Source: Nitrospirota bacterium (lineage in GTDB: Bacteria > Nitrospirota > UBA9217). Taken from it: a stretch of DNA of 64,000 nucleotides. The notes under the pieces were generated by a model. It was not told the DNA's origin. It made no database searches and saw nothing but the letters and a program-made list of their open reading frames with translations. The stretch covers positions 256,001-320,000 of the forward strand of contig CAVUCU010000001.1 in assembly GCA_963740085.1 (NCBI GenBank), written 5' to 3'. The position numbers and the translations under genes were made by a program. Shown one piece after another: positions 9,746 through 19,668 of this stretch. Every line of letters starts with the position of its first letter. Position 1 is the stretch's first letter.

Positions 9746-10807
9746 TTATTGCAGGGTAAAGTAAAAAGTCGTACCTGCATTCACTCTGCTCTCGGCCCAG
9801 ATACGGCCACCATGACGTTGAATGATACGCATTACTGTAGCAAGGCCTATACCAGTGCCTGGGAAGTCAATTTGAGAGTGAAGTCGTTGAAACGGCCTAA
9901 ATAATCTTTCAGCATTATCCATGCTGAACCCCGCGCCATTGTCCTTCACGAAATAGACATCTTTTCCGTTTATTTTCGTCATGCCAAATTCAATTTTTGA
10001 GATGGATCGATGCTTAGTGAATTTCAAAGCATTTTCCACGAGGTTGAAGATTATCACTTGAAGCAACGCAGGATCGCCATTTGCGGTTACTCCCTCTGTC
10101 GCAACAAATTCTATTTTGCGTCCAGGCCAGAATTTTACACTTTCTTCTACTGCTCTTTTTACCATAGCGGTCAGGTCTACGCTGGATCGGTTCGGATCGC
10201 CGCGAGCATAATGTGACAAATCAAGCAAAGCATCTATAAGCTCCTTCATTCTTCTGGCGTTGACCTGTATGCGCTCGATGTAATCGTCACTCGTTTCATC
10301 GAGCTTGCCGGAGTATTGATCGGCAAGCATCTGCGCATAACTTTCAATGCGCCAGAGAGGAGAAATCAAATCATGAGACACCGAGTAGGAAAAAGCATCC
10401 AGATACTCATTTGCGGTCTTAACATCATTCATACTTTTTTGAAGTTCTACTGACAATTGGTTTTGCTTGTGTAATAAATATTGTAATTTTGTCAGCATGA
10501 AAGAGGCAAGAACGAATAGAATAAAGATCAGGAACAAGTTCCACATATCAAGAAAACGAATATGATAACCTGGGTCAGATAAATGGTCTGAAAAGTAAAT
10601 GGACAGGCAAGAGATCGTGGAGATGATAATTCCGGCTTTATTACTTATATACCAGACAATAAATGATATGGGCAATATATAGGCAACATCTATTCTTATT
10701 TCGCTGCCCGTAATGTAATCCAGAACTCCTACTCCCAAAGTAAGCGCCATACCGATAGCCATCAGACTTGTCTTTGACTTCTTTTTTAAATAGGTATCGA
10801 TACTCAT
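9746..10807 (-). CDS. Membrane sensor histidine kinase
   Basis: N-terminal TM bundle; H-box FSYSVSHDL, NLVENALKF, DNGAGF, GTGIGLA. Confidence 0.92.
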   Translation of the reverse strand: MSIDTYLKKKSKTSLMAIGMALTLGVGVLDYITGSEIRIDVAYILPISFIVWYISNKAGIIISTISCLSIYFSDHLSDPGYHIRFLDMWNLFLIFILFVLASFMLTKLQYLLHKQNQLSVELQKSMNDVKTANEYLDAFSYSVSHDLISPLWRIESYAQMLADQYSGKLDETSDDYIERIQVNARRMKELIDALLDLSHYARGDPNRSSVDLTAMVKRAVEESVKFWPGRKIEFVATEGVTANGDPALLQVIIFNLVENALKFTKHRSISKIEFGMTKINGKDVYFVKDNGAGFSMDNAERLFRPFQRLHSQIDFPGTGIGLATVMRIIQRHGGRIWAESRVNAGTTFYFTLQ

Positions 10808-11033
10808 ATGTAAATATCTCCAGAAATTCGTGAAGATGTCTATTGCCTGTTGATCATATCAGACACCGGAAACACAAAAAGGATGCTATTGTTATAGAAG
10901 TGCAAAATTATTTATTTACCTTTTTTGTGGCAATGGTGTCACATATTATGTGATTCGATTCTTATTGTACGCCATTACGACAAAAGAATTTTGAGGGCAT
11001 GAAGAAAGACCATTCATAAATGGGAGGGAATCC

Positions 11034-11459
11034 ATGGAAAAGATTGAAGGATTAGACCGTGTTCAAGTTAACGCAGATAAAAGAATGCCAACCATTCTGA
11101 TAGTTGACGATGAATCTGAAAATCGGAAAATTATTGCCACTCTGCTTGGTGATTTAGGTTATAACGTTATTGCTGAGGAGGACGGGACATCAGCGCTATC
11201 GAGAATCCAGCAAGGAGCTAAAATCGACCTAGTTCTTACCGATGAGCGGATGCCTGACATGAGCGGCCTGGAGCTCATCGAAACGTTAAGAACGGTGGTC
11301 CCTTCTCTCCCGGTGATTCTTATCACTGCATACGGTAGTATAGAAAACTATCTCCGGTCATCGAGTCTCGGCGTGTTCGAGTATGTAAATAGGCCTGTAG
11401 GTAAACGAGAACTCGGGAAGATCGTAAAAACCGCTCTTCGTCCCTTTGCAATAAATTGA
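11034..11459 (+). CDS. Single-domain response regulator (receiver)
   Basis: ILIVDDE, LTDERMPDMSG, ITAYG. The conserved KP is replaced by RP (YVNRP). Confidence 0.85.
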   Translation: MEKIEGLDRVQVNADKRMPTILIVDDESENRKIIATLLGDLGYNVIAEEDGTSALSRIQQGAKIDLVLTDERMPDMSGLELIETLRTVVPSLPVILITAYGSIENYLRSSSLGVFEYVNRPVGKRELGKIVKTALRPFAIN

Positions 11460-11667
11460 TTCCACTGTGTCCTAATATTTTATGAAAAGCTTGCACGATG
11501 ATATTGAATACGTCATGTACTCTGCAGATTCCACGTGACGCAACTGCTGCGGGGTACAGGAAGAAGGTCTTGACTGCGATCATGTCATAAAACATAAAGT
11601 TACAGACAGTTTTATTGATTATGTAACCCTCACAGGCTACGCCTTCCGCAATTTGACAATCTCTCTA

Positions 11668-11871
11668 CTATCTCTTATGGTTCTCCTCCGGATCCGGCTT
11701 GCTTCCCCGTGTTACTTCCGCGTCATAGCATTCGTTATTGTTCAGTCCTCTATCAAGTTCTTCGTCTGTCCATTCGGGTGAAATAGCTGCAAACGCATCG
11801 GTGCCTTCAACCTTCCAACGACTGATCTCAATACCTCTCTTGGCTTTTTCATTTACAGTAAATTCCGGCAT
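11668..11871 (-). CDS. Small acidic hypothetical protein
   Basis: 67-aa ORF only, no recognisable motif. Confidence 0.3.
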   Translation of the reverse strand: MPEFTVNEKAKRGIEISRWKVEGTDAFAAISPEWTDEELDRGLNNNECYDAEVTRGSKPDPEENHKR

Positions 11872-12440
11872 TCTATTGTTGAATTATGCTGACCCTTGAT
11901 TCAGAACAAAGATAATTTTTGCGATCTGATAGTTCTGTATGCTTTCTCTAAATACGTTTCTCTGATCCGCTGTCATCTCGTCCAATGCAGCCTGGACATA
12001 CAGAATATCTCATGGGCTCCATTTATATTCTTGATTGTGCGGATGCCCTTCCTTTATCTTGATAAACTGCGTCAACATGACAGAGAAGGCATCGGCGGTT
12101 TCTGTGAAATTATCCATGCGCTGAACAGTATCAAAATCCCGATGTTTCGTCAACGGGAATGCATAGGAAGGCGGATTGTGCGTCGAATGGATAGGCTGGT
12201 ATTCGAGGATTGCCTTGATGGGGTGCGTGCCGAGAGTGTGGGCGACATCATTACACGCCATTAAAGATTCGGCGGACAATCAGCTCCGACGAAGGAGGAT
12301 AGCAGACAATGGCGGAAGCGGGAGAGCCTTACACTCGAACTCGCGTTTGCGGCCCATTTTGTGCACCTTTTGTGTACCAACATCATGAGATTTCGGGCGA
12401 GGTAAGAGATTGATTTGAAAGAAAATGGAGCAGATAAAAT

Positions 12441-12516
12441 TGGTGGACGAGAAGGGGATCGAACCCTCGGCCCCCGCATTGCGAACGCGGTGCTCTCCCA
12501 GCTGAGCTACTCGCCC
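12441..12516 (-). tRNA. tRNA-Ala (anticodon CGC)
   Basis: Reverse complement GGGCGAGTAGCTCAGCTGGGAGAGCACCGCGTTCGCAATGCGGGGGCCGAGGGTTCGATCCCCTTCTCGTCCACCA; 76 nt, G3-U70 pair, encoded CCA. Confidence 0.97.
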
Positions 12517-12672
12517 ACTCGAGTTGGGAGTTTTAATTTAATCTATCACGTAAAATAAATCAAGGGAAAAAATCAGATGACATACTACGGAGGACAGAAC
12601 TCAGACTGGATCTTGCGGCATATCTGAGCCTTTCCGCTGACGCCTCTCCCCTGTCTTCCGTGCTCTCTCTTA

Positions 12673-12701
12673 TTGACAAATCGGTCCATCTTCGTTATAG
12701 T
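12673..12701 (+). promoter_or_regulatory. Sigma70-type promoter
   Basis: TTGACA-17 nt-TATAGT. Confidence 0.65.
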
Positions 12702-12747
12702 GTGCAGGCTTAGAATACATATTATCCGTTGAAAGGAGAACCACCAG

Positions 12748-12858
12748 ATGCGAGAAAGACAGAAAGAACTGAAACGCAAACGTAAACGAAAAGAAGAGAC
12801 CCTGAAGGCCAAGAACAAGACTGCAATGGCCGAGGCCGCGGCCAAAAAAGGAAAATAA
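12748..12858 (+). CDS. 36-aa highly basic small protein (absent from ORF track)
   Basis: GAAAGGAG RBS; MRERQKELKRKRKRKEETLKAKNKTAMAEAAAKKGK*; 3 nt before the next ATG. Confidence 0.7.
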   Translation: MRERQKELKRKRKRKEETLKAKNKTAMAEAAAKKGK

Positions 12859-12861
12859 CAG

Positions 12862-14787
12862 ATGCCGTTCAGGCGTATTCGCTCCACAGCCTCATTCATT
12901 CTGCCCGTACTACTCATCCTGTCTGTGCTGATTCCCGCGGGTTGCGCTCCCAAGCTGTCACCGGAACCGGTATGGGAAAAAAATGCCCGCGAGCTTCTCG
13001 ACCAGGCCGACTCCCTGTTATCCAAAAAACAGTACAGCCAGTCCTCGAAGACCGTGGATGTTTTTTTCTCCCGCTTCCCGACGAGCAAGTACCGGGACCG
13101 GGCGTTCTATATCCAGGGCGAGGTTCGCTTTACACAGCGAGACTACCAGCGGGCGCTGAGCTATTACAAGGAAGTCATCGAGAAATTCCCCTCGTCATCT
13201 TTCATTATCCAGGCGCGCTATAAACTCGGCCTGTGCTATTTCGAGCTCAAGGAATATGAACTCGCCATCGCCAACCTCCAGGACCGCAGTAAGATCACCG
13301 ATCCGGCGCAACTCAGGCGTAGCGCGGAAGTCCTCTCCGCCGCCTATGTGATAAAAAAGGACTTTCTGCCGGCCGTCAAGGAGCTCTTATCGCTCGCCGA
13401 GACCGCGCAGAACGAAAGACAGAAGACCGGATTCCGGGACCGGATCCGCGAGATCATCGACAAGAACCTGACGGAACAGGAGCTCAGGACCCTCGCGGAT
13501 GGATCCAAGTACCCTTCGGACATCGCCCGGTTGCGACTCGCCGCGCTTTTAATCGAACAACGGCAGTACCGGGAAGCCGTATCGGTGAGCAAGAATTTTC
13601 TCGAACAATTTCCTAAACACCCCGAGAGAATGCGTGGGGAGATGCTCCTGAATGAGGCAACTTCAAAGCTCTCCTCTCCAAGATACTATCTGGGAGCGCT
13701 CCTTCCCCAAACGGGCCAGCTTGCCTTTTTCGGAGACCGGGTGTTGAAAGGCATCCAGCTCGCGGTGCATATGTACAATCTCCAGGCCCCTGACAGCCGC
13801 GTGGAGCTTCTGGTAAAGGACACCGAAGGCTCGCCGGAAAAGGCCGTTGCAGCGCTCACCGAGCTCTCGTCCAAAGACATCGTGGCGGCGATCGGGCCTT
13901 TGCTGACAAAGGAGGCGGAAGCGCTTGTTCCCTTCCTCGAAAATCTAAAGGTCCCCGTTATTACACCGGCAGCCTCCGGCGAAGGCATCGGAACGATCAG
14001 TCCCTGGCTGTTTCGAAACGCCCTGACGAATTCCAGTCAAGCGACGGCAGCAGCCCGGTTCGCGCTCGGGCTCAATCTTAAAAAGTTCGTGATCATTCAC
14101 CCCGACGATGCCTACGGCAGGGACCTGGCGCGACTCTTCGCCAAGGAGTTGGAACAGAAGGCAGAGATCCTCGCTACCATATCCTACCCGCCTGACGTGA
14201 AGGACTTCGGCCCGTATATACGGAAGATCATCGAGATCGATCTTCGCTCCCGGAAGATAGTCATCCCCGAGGATGACCTCGAGAGAAAAAAGCTCTTCAC
14301 TGAGTTTATACCGAGCTTCGATGCACTGTACCTCCCCGGCCATGCCGAGAAGGTCGGCTTGCTCATCCCCCAGCTCGCTTTTTACAACATCAAGGGCATT
14401 GCGATGATCGGCTCCAACGACTGGCATTCACCCGACTTGATCGAGCGGGCAGACCGGTTTGCCGACGGAGCGGTCTTCATAGACGGGTTCTTTCCCGAGA
14501 GTGAGAACCCCGTGATCAAACCCGTCATCGAGGCTTACCGTTCGGCATATCAGGAAGAGCCGGACATCCTCTCGGCCCAGGCCTATGACGCGGCCATGAT
14601 GGTCTTCACGCTCCTGAAAGAGCACAAGGACACGCCCCGGGCCGTCAGGGACGGTCTGCTCGCGATGAAGGACTATCCCGGCATTTCAGGCACGACCACC
14701 TTCCCGGGAAACGGCGAGGCCCTGAAGAAGCTGTTCATCATAAAGATCCAGGACGGAAAGTTCGTGCCGTACACCGACGGGAAATAG
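12862..14787 (+). CDS. LpoA-like lipoprotein: BamD/TPR repeats plus periplasmic binding-protein fold (penicillin-binding protein activator)
   Basis: Lipobox PAGC, TPR helices, GALLPQTG...IGPL...AQAYDAA type I PBP-fold motifs. Confidence 0.75.
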   Translation: MPFRRIRSTASFILPVLLILSVLIPAGCAPKLSPEPVWEKNARELLDQADSLLSKKQYSQSSKTVDVFFSRFPTSKYRDRAFYIQGEVRFTQRDYQRALSYYKEVIEKFPSSSFIIQARYKLGLCYFELKEYELAIANLQDRSKITDPAQLRRSAEVLSAAYVIKKDFLPAVKELLSLAETAQNERQKTGFRDRIREIIDKNLTEQELRTLADGSKYPSDIARLRLAALLIEQRQYREAVSVSKNFLEQFPKHPERMRGEMLLNEATSKLSSPRYYLGALLPQTGQLAFFGDRVLKGIQLAVHMYNLQAPDSRVELLVKDTEGSPEKAVAALTELSSKDIVAAIGPLLTKEAEALVPFLENLKVPVITPAASGEGIGTISPWLFRNALTNSSQATAAARFALGLNLKKFVIIHPDDAYGRDLARLFAKELEQKAEILATISYPPDVKDFGPYIRKIIEIDLRSRKIVIPEDDLERKKLFTEFIPSFDALYLPGHAEKVGLLIPQLAFYNIKGIAMIGSNDWHSPDLIERADRFADGAVFIDGFFPESENPVIKPVIEAYRSAYQEEPDILSAQAYDAAMMVFTLLKEHKDTPRAVRDGLLAMKDYPGISGTTTFPGNGEALKKLFIIKIQDGKFVPYTDGK

Positions 14788-14878
14788 GGCCCCGCCCTGG
14801 TTTCCCTTGACAAGGCCTCATGCTTTCTTTTAGTATCAAGTCCTCTTTTACTTCCCGATTCGGAGAAAAGACGTTCCC

Positions 14879-15550
14879 ATGGAAGAAATGAATATTATAC
14901 AAAAGATCGTCATCATGGCCCCGCCGCTCATATTCGCCATTGTATTGCATGAAGTGGCGCACGGCTGGGTTGCGGACAAGCTTGGCGATCATACAGCCAA
15001 GGATATGGGCAGGCTCACGCTGAATCCCATCTCGCACATTGATCTCTTCGGCACGATCATCATACCAGTCGTATGCATCCTTGCCCACGGCCCTATTTTC
15101 GGCTATGCCAAACCGGTGCCGATCAACCCCTCCAACTTCAAAAATCCAAAAAAAGATATGGCGCTTTCGTCGCTTGCGGGCCCGGGTGTCAACATCATCA
15201 TGGCTCTCGCATTTGCGTTCCTGTTCCGAATCATCATGCCTGCACTGGAAGGCAAGCTGTCCACGCAGTCTTGGCAACAGTTTGCTAATCCCCTCAGTTT
15301 GATGTTCGGTTATGGTATCATCATCAACGTCGCTCTCGCGGTACTCAACATGATACCCATTCCCCCGCTTGATGGGAGCAGAATAGTCTATTGGATGCTT
15401 CCGGATAAGTATGCAACTGCGTACTATCGACTGGAACGATATGGACTGATCATACTCGTTTTTCTCCTCGTCACCAATATTCTGAGCAAAATCATAATGC
15501 CTATCCTCCAGCCGATCCTGTCGTTGCTGCTGGGCGGGGATATTATGTGA
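14879..15550 (+). CDS. Site-2 protease, peptidase M50
   Basis: HEVAH, AGP, NMIPIPPLDG. Confidence 0.92.
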   Translation: MEEMNIIQKIVIMAPPLIFAIVLHEVAHGWVADKLGDHTAKDMGRLTLNPISHIDLFGTIIIPVVCILAHGPIFGYAKPVPINPSNFKNPKKDMALSSLAGPGVNIIMALAFAFLFRIIMPALEGKLSTQSWQQFANPLSLMFGYGIIINVALAVLNMIPIPPLDGSRIVYWMLPDKYATAYYRLERYGLIILVFLLVTNILSKIIMPILQPILSLLLGGDIM

Positions 15551-15625
15551 AACAGGGTCCGGGGTTCAGATTTCGATTCTTATCCGTGTCAATCCGTGTC
15601 CATCCGTGGTAAAAGAGGATTTCTT

Positions 15626-16609
15626 ATGCCCAAACAACGCGTCTTAAGCGGAATGCAGCCAAGCGGTCTCCTGCACCTCGGGAATCTCATGGGCGCCCTG
15701 GACAACTGGCGCAAGCTCCAGGACCAATACGAGTGCTATTACTTCATCGCGGACTGGCACGCACTCACCACGAACTACGCCGACACGTCGAATATCCGTG
15801 CGAACCGCAGCGAAATGGTGATCGACTGGCTCGCGGCCGGGCTCGACCCCGAGAAGTCCGTGCTCTTCCAGCAGTCCCTCGTGCCCGAGCACGCCGTGCT
15901 CCATGTGCTCCTGTCCATGTCCACGCCGCTCCCCTGGCTCGAGCGCGTTCCAACGTACAAGGAAAAAATAGACCAGATCCAGGACCGGGAGATGAACACC
16001 TACGGCTTTCTCGGTTACCCCGTGCTCCAGGCCGCCGATATCCTCATTTACAAGGCGCATTTCGTTCCGGTCGGCATCGACCAACTCCCTCACCTGGAAC
16101 TCACTCGGGAGATCTGCCGCAGGTTCAACCAGCTCTACGGCGGGGTATTCCCCGAACCGCAGCCGCTCATGACCGAGTACCCCAAGCTGCCGGGCACGGA
16201 CGGCCGCAAGATGAGCAAGAGCTACAACAACTGTCTCTACCTTTCCGAAAGTCCTGAAGCAATCACGAAAAAGGTGATGCAGATGATCACGGACCCGGCG
16301 CGTATCCGCCGGCAGGACCCGGGCAATCCCGATATCTGTCCTCTCTTTGCTCTCAATAAGATCTTCGCTCCCAAAGAATGGTGCGATCAGGTGAATGTGG
16401 AGTGCAGGCGCGCCGGGATCGGGTGCGTGGATGACAAGAAGGAACTGCTGAAGCACCTCCTTACCTATCTCAAGCCCATGCAGGACCGGCGGAAGGAACT
16501 GGCAGCGCATCCGGAGAGGGTCACCGAGATCATTCAGGAAGGCTCGCGCAAGGCCCGGGTCATCGCCGCCAGAACGCTCGCGGAAGCCAACGAAGCGATG
16601 AAGCTGTAG
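15626..16609 (+). CDS. trpS: Tryptophan--tRNA ligase
   Basis: SGMQPSGLLHLGN, YPVLQAADIL, VPVGIDQ, KMSKS. Confidence 0.97.
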   Translation: MPKQRVLSGMQPSGLLHLGNLMGALDNWRKLQDQYECYYFIADWHALTTNYADTSNIRANRSEMVIDWLAAGLDPEKSVLFQQSLVPEHAVLHVLLSMSTPLPWLERVPTYKEKIDQIQDREMNTYGFLGYPVLQAADILIYKAHFVPVGIDQLPHLELTREICRRFNQLYGGVFPEPQPLMTEYPKLPGTDGRKMSKSYNNCLYLSESPEAITKKVMQMITDPARIRRQDPGNPDICPLFALNKIFAPKEWCDQVNVECRRAGIGCVDDKKELLKHLLTYLKPMQDRRKELAAHPERVTEIIQEGSRKARVIAARTLAEANEAMKL

Positions 16610-16733
16610 GTGTTCAGGATGACGCACCTTCAGCGGTCGCATAATATACCCATGTGTCCTGCCGCACCTCTTGCGTGGCCGGTGGATTGCGCGCAATGAC
16701 CCTCGAAACCGCATATCGTATCCACAAAAACCC

Positions 16734-16762
16734 TTGACAATGCTCGGCGTCTCCCCTATTAT
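16734..16762 (+). promoter_or_regulatory. Sigma70-type promoter
   Basis: TTGACA-17 nt-TATTAT upstream of the polyprenyl synthase. Confidence 0.6.
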
Positions 16763-16792
16763 TCATGCAGATTTCACTCAGGAAATGACCGC

Positions 16793-17776
16793 ATGACAAC
16801 CACCCTTCAAGATGTCTTAAAAGAATACAGGTCTGACATGGAGCGAATGGAGCACAGGATCCATGAGAGCCTGGGCACCGACGTTCCGCTCATCCAGCAG
16901 GTCAGTAAATACATCCTCGGCGCGGGCGGCAAGAGGTTCCGGCCTTTGCTGCTCCTGCTTTCGGCCCGGCTTTGCGGATACCGCGAGCATAACGCCGAAT
17001 ATCTCCTCGGAAGCGTCGTGGAATACATACACACTGCCTCGCTCCTGCACGATGATGTCGTTGATGATGCCAATGTAAGACGGGGCCGGTCCTCGGCAAA
17101 CTCCCTCTGGGGAAACCAGGCGAGCATTCTCGTCGGCGACTACCTTTACTCCAAGGCGCTCTATCACGCCGTCAGGATCCAGAATCAGCGGATCATGGAC
17201 GTCCTGTCCGAGACCACGACCACCATGTCCGAGGGAGAGGTCCTCCAGCTTACCCAGATCCAGAACGCGGACCTCACCGAGGCGGAGTATTTCCGTCTCG
17301 TGGAATGCAAGACCGGTGTGCTCATTTCGGCCGCTTGCCGGCTTGGCGCGATCATCAGCAAGGCGCCGCTGTCGCAGGAGGACGCACTCACCGCCTTCGG
17401 CAAAAAGCTCGGTCTTTCGTTCCAGATCACCGACGACACCCTCGACTACGCGGCCGACCAGAAGCAGCTCGGCAAGGTCCTCGGCAAGGACCTGGCTGAA
17501 GGCAAGGTAACCCTCCCCCTCATCTACCTTATGCGCAAGGCGAACGCCGGGGAAAAGGACAACCTGAGAAACATTCTTGATGCCGATACCGTCAGCGAGA
17601 ACGATCTGACGTATACGCTCGGATTGATGACGAAGCACGGCGCCGTTGAAGAAGCGCTCGACGTTGCGCAGTCGCTCTCCAATGATGCGAAAGCAGCACT
17701 GATGGCATTCCCCAATTCACTGCCGCGCCGGGCTCTTATGGCGCTTGCCGACTACGTGGTACAGCGGGAGATGTGA
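16793..17776 (+). CDS. ispB: Long-chain polyprenyl (octaprenyl-type) diphosphate synthase
   Basis: GGKRFRP, first Asp-rich motif ASLLHDDVVD, FQITDDTLD, KDLAEGKVTLP. Confidence 0.9.
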   Translation: MTTTLQDVLKEYRSDMERMEHRIHESLGTDVPLIQQVSKYILGAGGKRFRPLLLLLSARLCGYREHNAEYLLGSVVEYIHTASLLHDDVVDDANVRRGRSSANSLWGNQASILVGDYLYSKALYHAVRIQNQRIMDVLSETTTTMSEGEVLQLTQIQNADLTEAEYFRLVECKTGVLISAACRLGAIISKAPLSQEDALTAFGKKLGLSFQITDDTLDYAADQKQLGKVLGKDLAEGKVTLPLIYLMRKANAGEKDNLRNILDADTVSENDLTYTLGLMTKHGAVEEALDVAQSLSNDAKAALMAFPNSLPRRALMALADYVVQREM

Positions 17777-17962
17777 TGCCTCGCATGATGCTCACGGCCC
17801 TCACAGAATATGTCGTTCAGCGGGAGAGGTGATGTGATGCCTCGCATGATGCTCACGGCCCTCACAGAATATGTCGTTCAGCGGGAGAGGTGATGTGATG
17901 CCTCGCATGATGCTCACGGCCCTCACAGAATATGTCGTTCAGCGGGAGAGGTGATGTGATGC
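17770..17962 (+). repeat. Tandem repeat, 61-bp unit x3 plus partial
   Basis: Identical units GATGTGATGCCTCGCATGATGCTCACGGCCCTCACAGAATATGTCGTTCAGCGGGAGAGGT start at 17770, 17831 and 17892. Confidence 0.95.
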
Positions 17963-18468
17963 ATCCTCTTGTAAGAATGGCCAGGGAGGCCGTCGAGCTG
18001 TACATCCGCGAGGGCAAGGTGCTGCAGGTTCGCGACGAGGACCTCACGCCGGAAATGAAAGAACAGGCCGGGGTCTTCGTCTGTCTGAAGATCCGGGGCA
18101 TGCTTCGCGGGTGCATCGGCACCTTCGAGCCGACAGAGCGCGATGTGGCGCACGAAGTGATCAGGAATGCCGTAAGCGCCGCGACCTGCGACCCCCGTTT
18201 TCCGGCAACGTGCATTGGAGAACTTGACACTCTCGAGTATTCGGTGGACGTTCTCACACCTCCGGAGCGGGTGGATGACCGCCGTGAGCTCGATCCCCGC
18301 CGCTACGGAGTGATCGTGCGGTCGGGATCCCGCCGGGGCCTGCTCCTGCCTGACCTCGAAGGCGTGGACACCGTGGAATACCAGATCAGCATCGCCATGC
18401 AGAAGGCCGGGATCCCGCCGGGGACGCCGGTCGAGCTTTCACGGTTTGAAGTAAAACGCTATCATTAG
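17959..18468 (+). CDS. amrA: AMMECR1-family protein (AmmeMemoRadiSam protein A)
   Basis: GVFVCL, LRGCIGT, DPRF, SVDVLT, GLLLPDL. Confidence 0.9.
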   Translation: MHPLVRMAREAVELYIREGKVLQVRDEDLTPEMKEQAGVFVCLKIRGMLRGCIGTFEPTERDVAHEVIRNAVSAATCDPRFPATCIGELDTLEYSVDVLTPPERVDDRRELDPRRYGVIVRSGSRRGLLLPDLEGVDTVEYQISIAMQKAGIPPGTPVELSRFEVKRYH

Positions 18469-18513
18469 CCATGACATTTCACTCTATTTCACTTAAGGAG
18501 GGCATAACAACTG

Positions 18514-18858
18514 ATGGAACGACCGGACAGGACCGAAAAAGACGATGCACAGAAGGCAAAGCTCATATTCTTTTCACTCGCCGTTCTGGTGACCATTCTC
18601 CTCGTCTGGAGCTTTTACACGGCGAACAACGCAAGACAGGAACGGGACAAGGCCAGACAGGAGACCGAGCAACTCAGGCAGGACAATGCCAAACTGGAAG
18701 AGATGCTGAAGGACCAGAACCAGAGCAACGATGAACTGAAGAAAAAGCTTGAAGTGTGCGAGACCAAGCCAAAGCCAAAACCCAAGCCCGTCGCAAAAAA
18801 GACGCCAAAAAAGAAAGTGACCAAGAAATCATCCAAGGCGAAAAAAAAGACCCGATAG
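18514..18858 (+). CDS. Single-TM coiled-coil protein with Lys-rich tail
   Basis: AAGGAGG RBS, TM helix, heptad region, KPKPKP...KKSSKAKKK. Confidence 0.7.
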   Translation: MERPDRTEKDDAQKAKLIFFSLAVLVTILLVWSFYTANNARQERDKARQETEQLRQDNAKLEEMLKDQNQSNDELKKKLEVCETKPKPKPKPVAKKTPKKKVTKKSSKAKKKTR

Positions 18859-18945
18859 TCAGAGACCGGCCGCAGGGCCTTAATGTCCTGCCAACCGCGT
18901 TCCCGGTGGCTTTCTTCTCTGTTCGAAACCGGGCTGGAGATCATC

Positions 18946-19485
18946 ATGAAAAATCCGCAGACCGTGCGTTCTTTTGAATATAAAAATGACTATCTGTACA
19001 TCATCATCCGCCAGGCGCCTGAACTTGGGCCGAAGACGTATGTTTACTGCTGCGGAATCAACATAGCCCGGTTCGATCCCATCTGCTGGGGCAAGGCGGG
19101 TATCTGCTCGAACCCCGCGTTCAAGGGCCTGCAGTTGCTGCGGGCCGATGTCTCGGCGTTCGGGCTGAAACTCGGCATCCAGACGAAAAATGCCGAACAG
19201 ATCCCCTGCGGTCCCCTGTCTCCGCGGACGGGGAACGCCTGGTACCGTGAGAACACCCTCCTGATCGTCGCGGCGTCTCCAAAAGACGTTCAGAAGATCC
19301 TTGATTTCAGCGTCAGGGACCTCGTGCAGACCGTGCTTGCTATCTGCGCCCCGGATGTAAAGCTCCCGGCAAAGCTTCCGAACCCGCCGCAGATGCAGAA
19401 GTATCTCGAGTCCCTGAGCGTGAAAAATTACAAGCAAATGGCGCCGCCACCGATCGCGAGAAGGCAGGACCAGGAGAAGGGCTGA
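18946..19485 (+). CDS. Hypothetical protein, several Cys
   Basis: GGAG RBS before ATG 18946; host-like codon usage. Confidence 0.6.
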   Translation: MKNPQTVRSFEYKNDYLYIIIRQAPELGPKTYVYCCGINIARFDPICWGKAGICSNPAFKGLQLLRADVSAFGLKLGIQTKNAEQIPCGPLSPRTGNAWYRENTLLIVAASPKDVQKILDFSVRDLVQTVLAICAPDVKLPAKLPNPPQMQKYLESLSVKNYKQMAPPPIARRQDQEKG

Positions 19486-19546
19486 CGCGGTGATGCCTGA
19501 ATGACTTGTCAAAGCACAAGTGGTTGTTGGAAAACGGTCCCATGCC

Positions 19547-19616
19547 GTCATCCTGAACAAAGTGAAGGATCTCAAGTATTCGGAAAAGCAAGATTCTTCG
19601 CTGCACTCAGAATGAC
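19547..19616. repeat. REP-like double-stem palindrome
   Basis: Outer arms GTCATCCTGA/TCAGAATGAC and inner arms GAAGGATCT/AGATTCTTC. Confidence 0.7.
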
Positions 19617-19668
19617 ATTATTGATGTTCATCCCGGCAAATTGAGCCCAGCCGCCGAAGGCTACCAGC

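Noticed and set aside
17770-17962. CRISPR array
   Set aside because: Units are fully identical with no unique spacers, and there are no cas genes; it is a tandem duplication.
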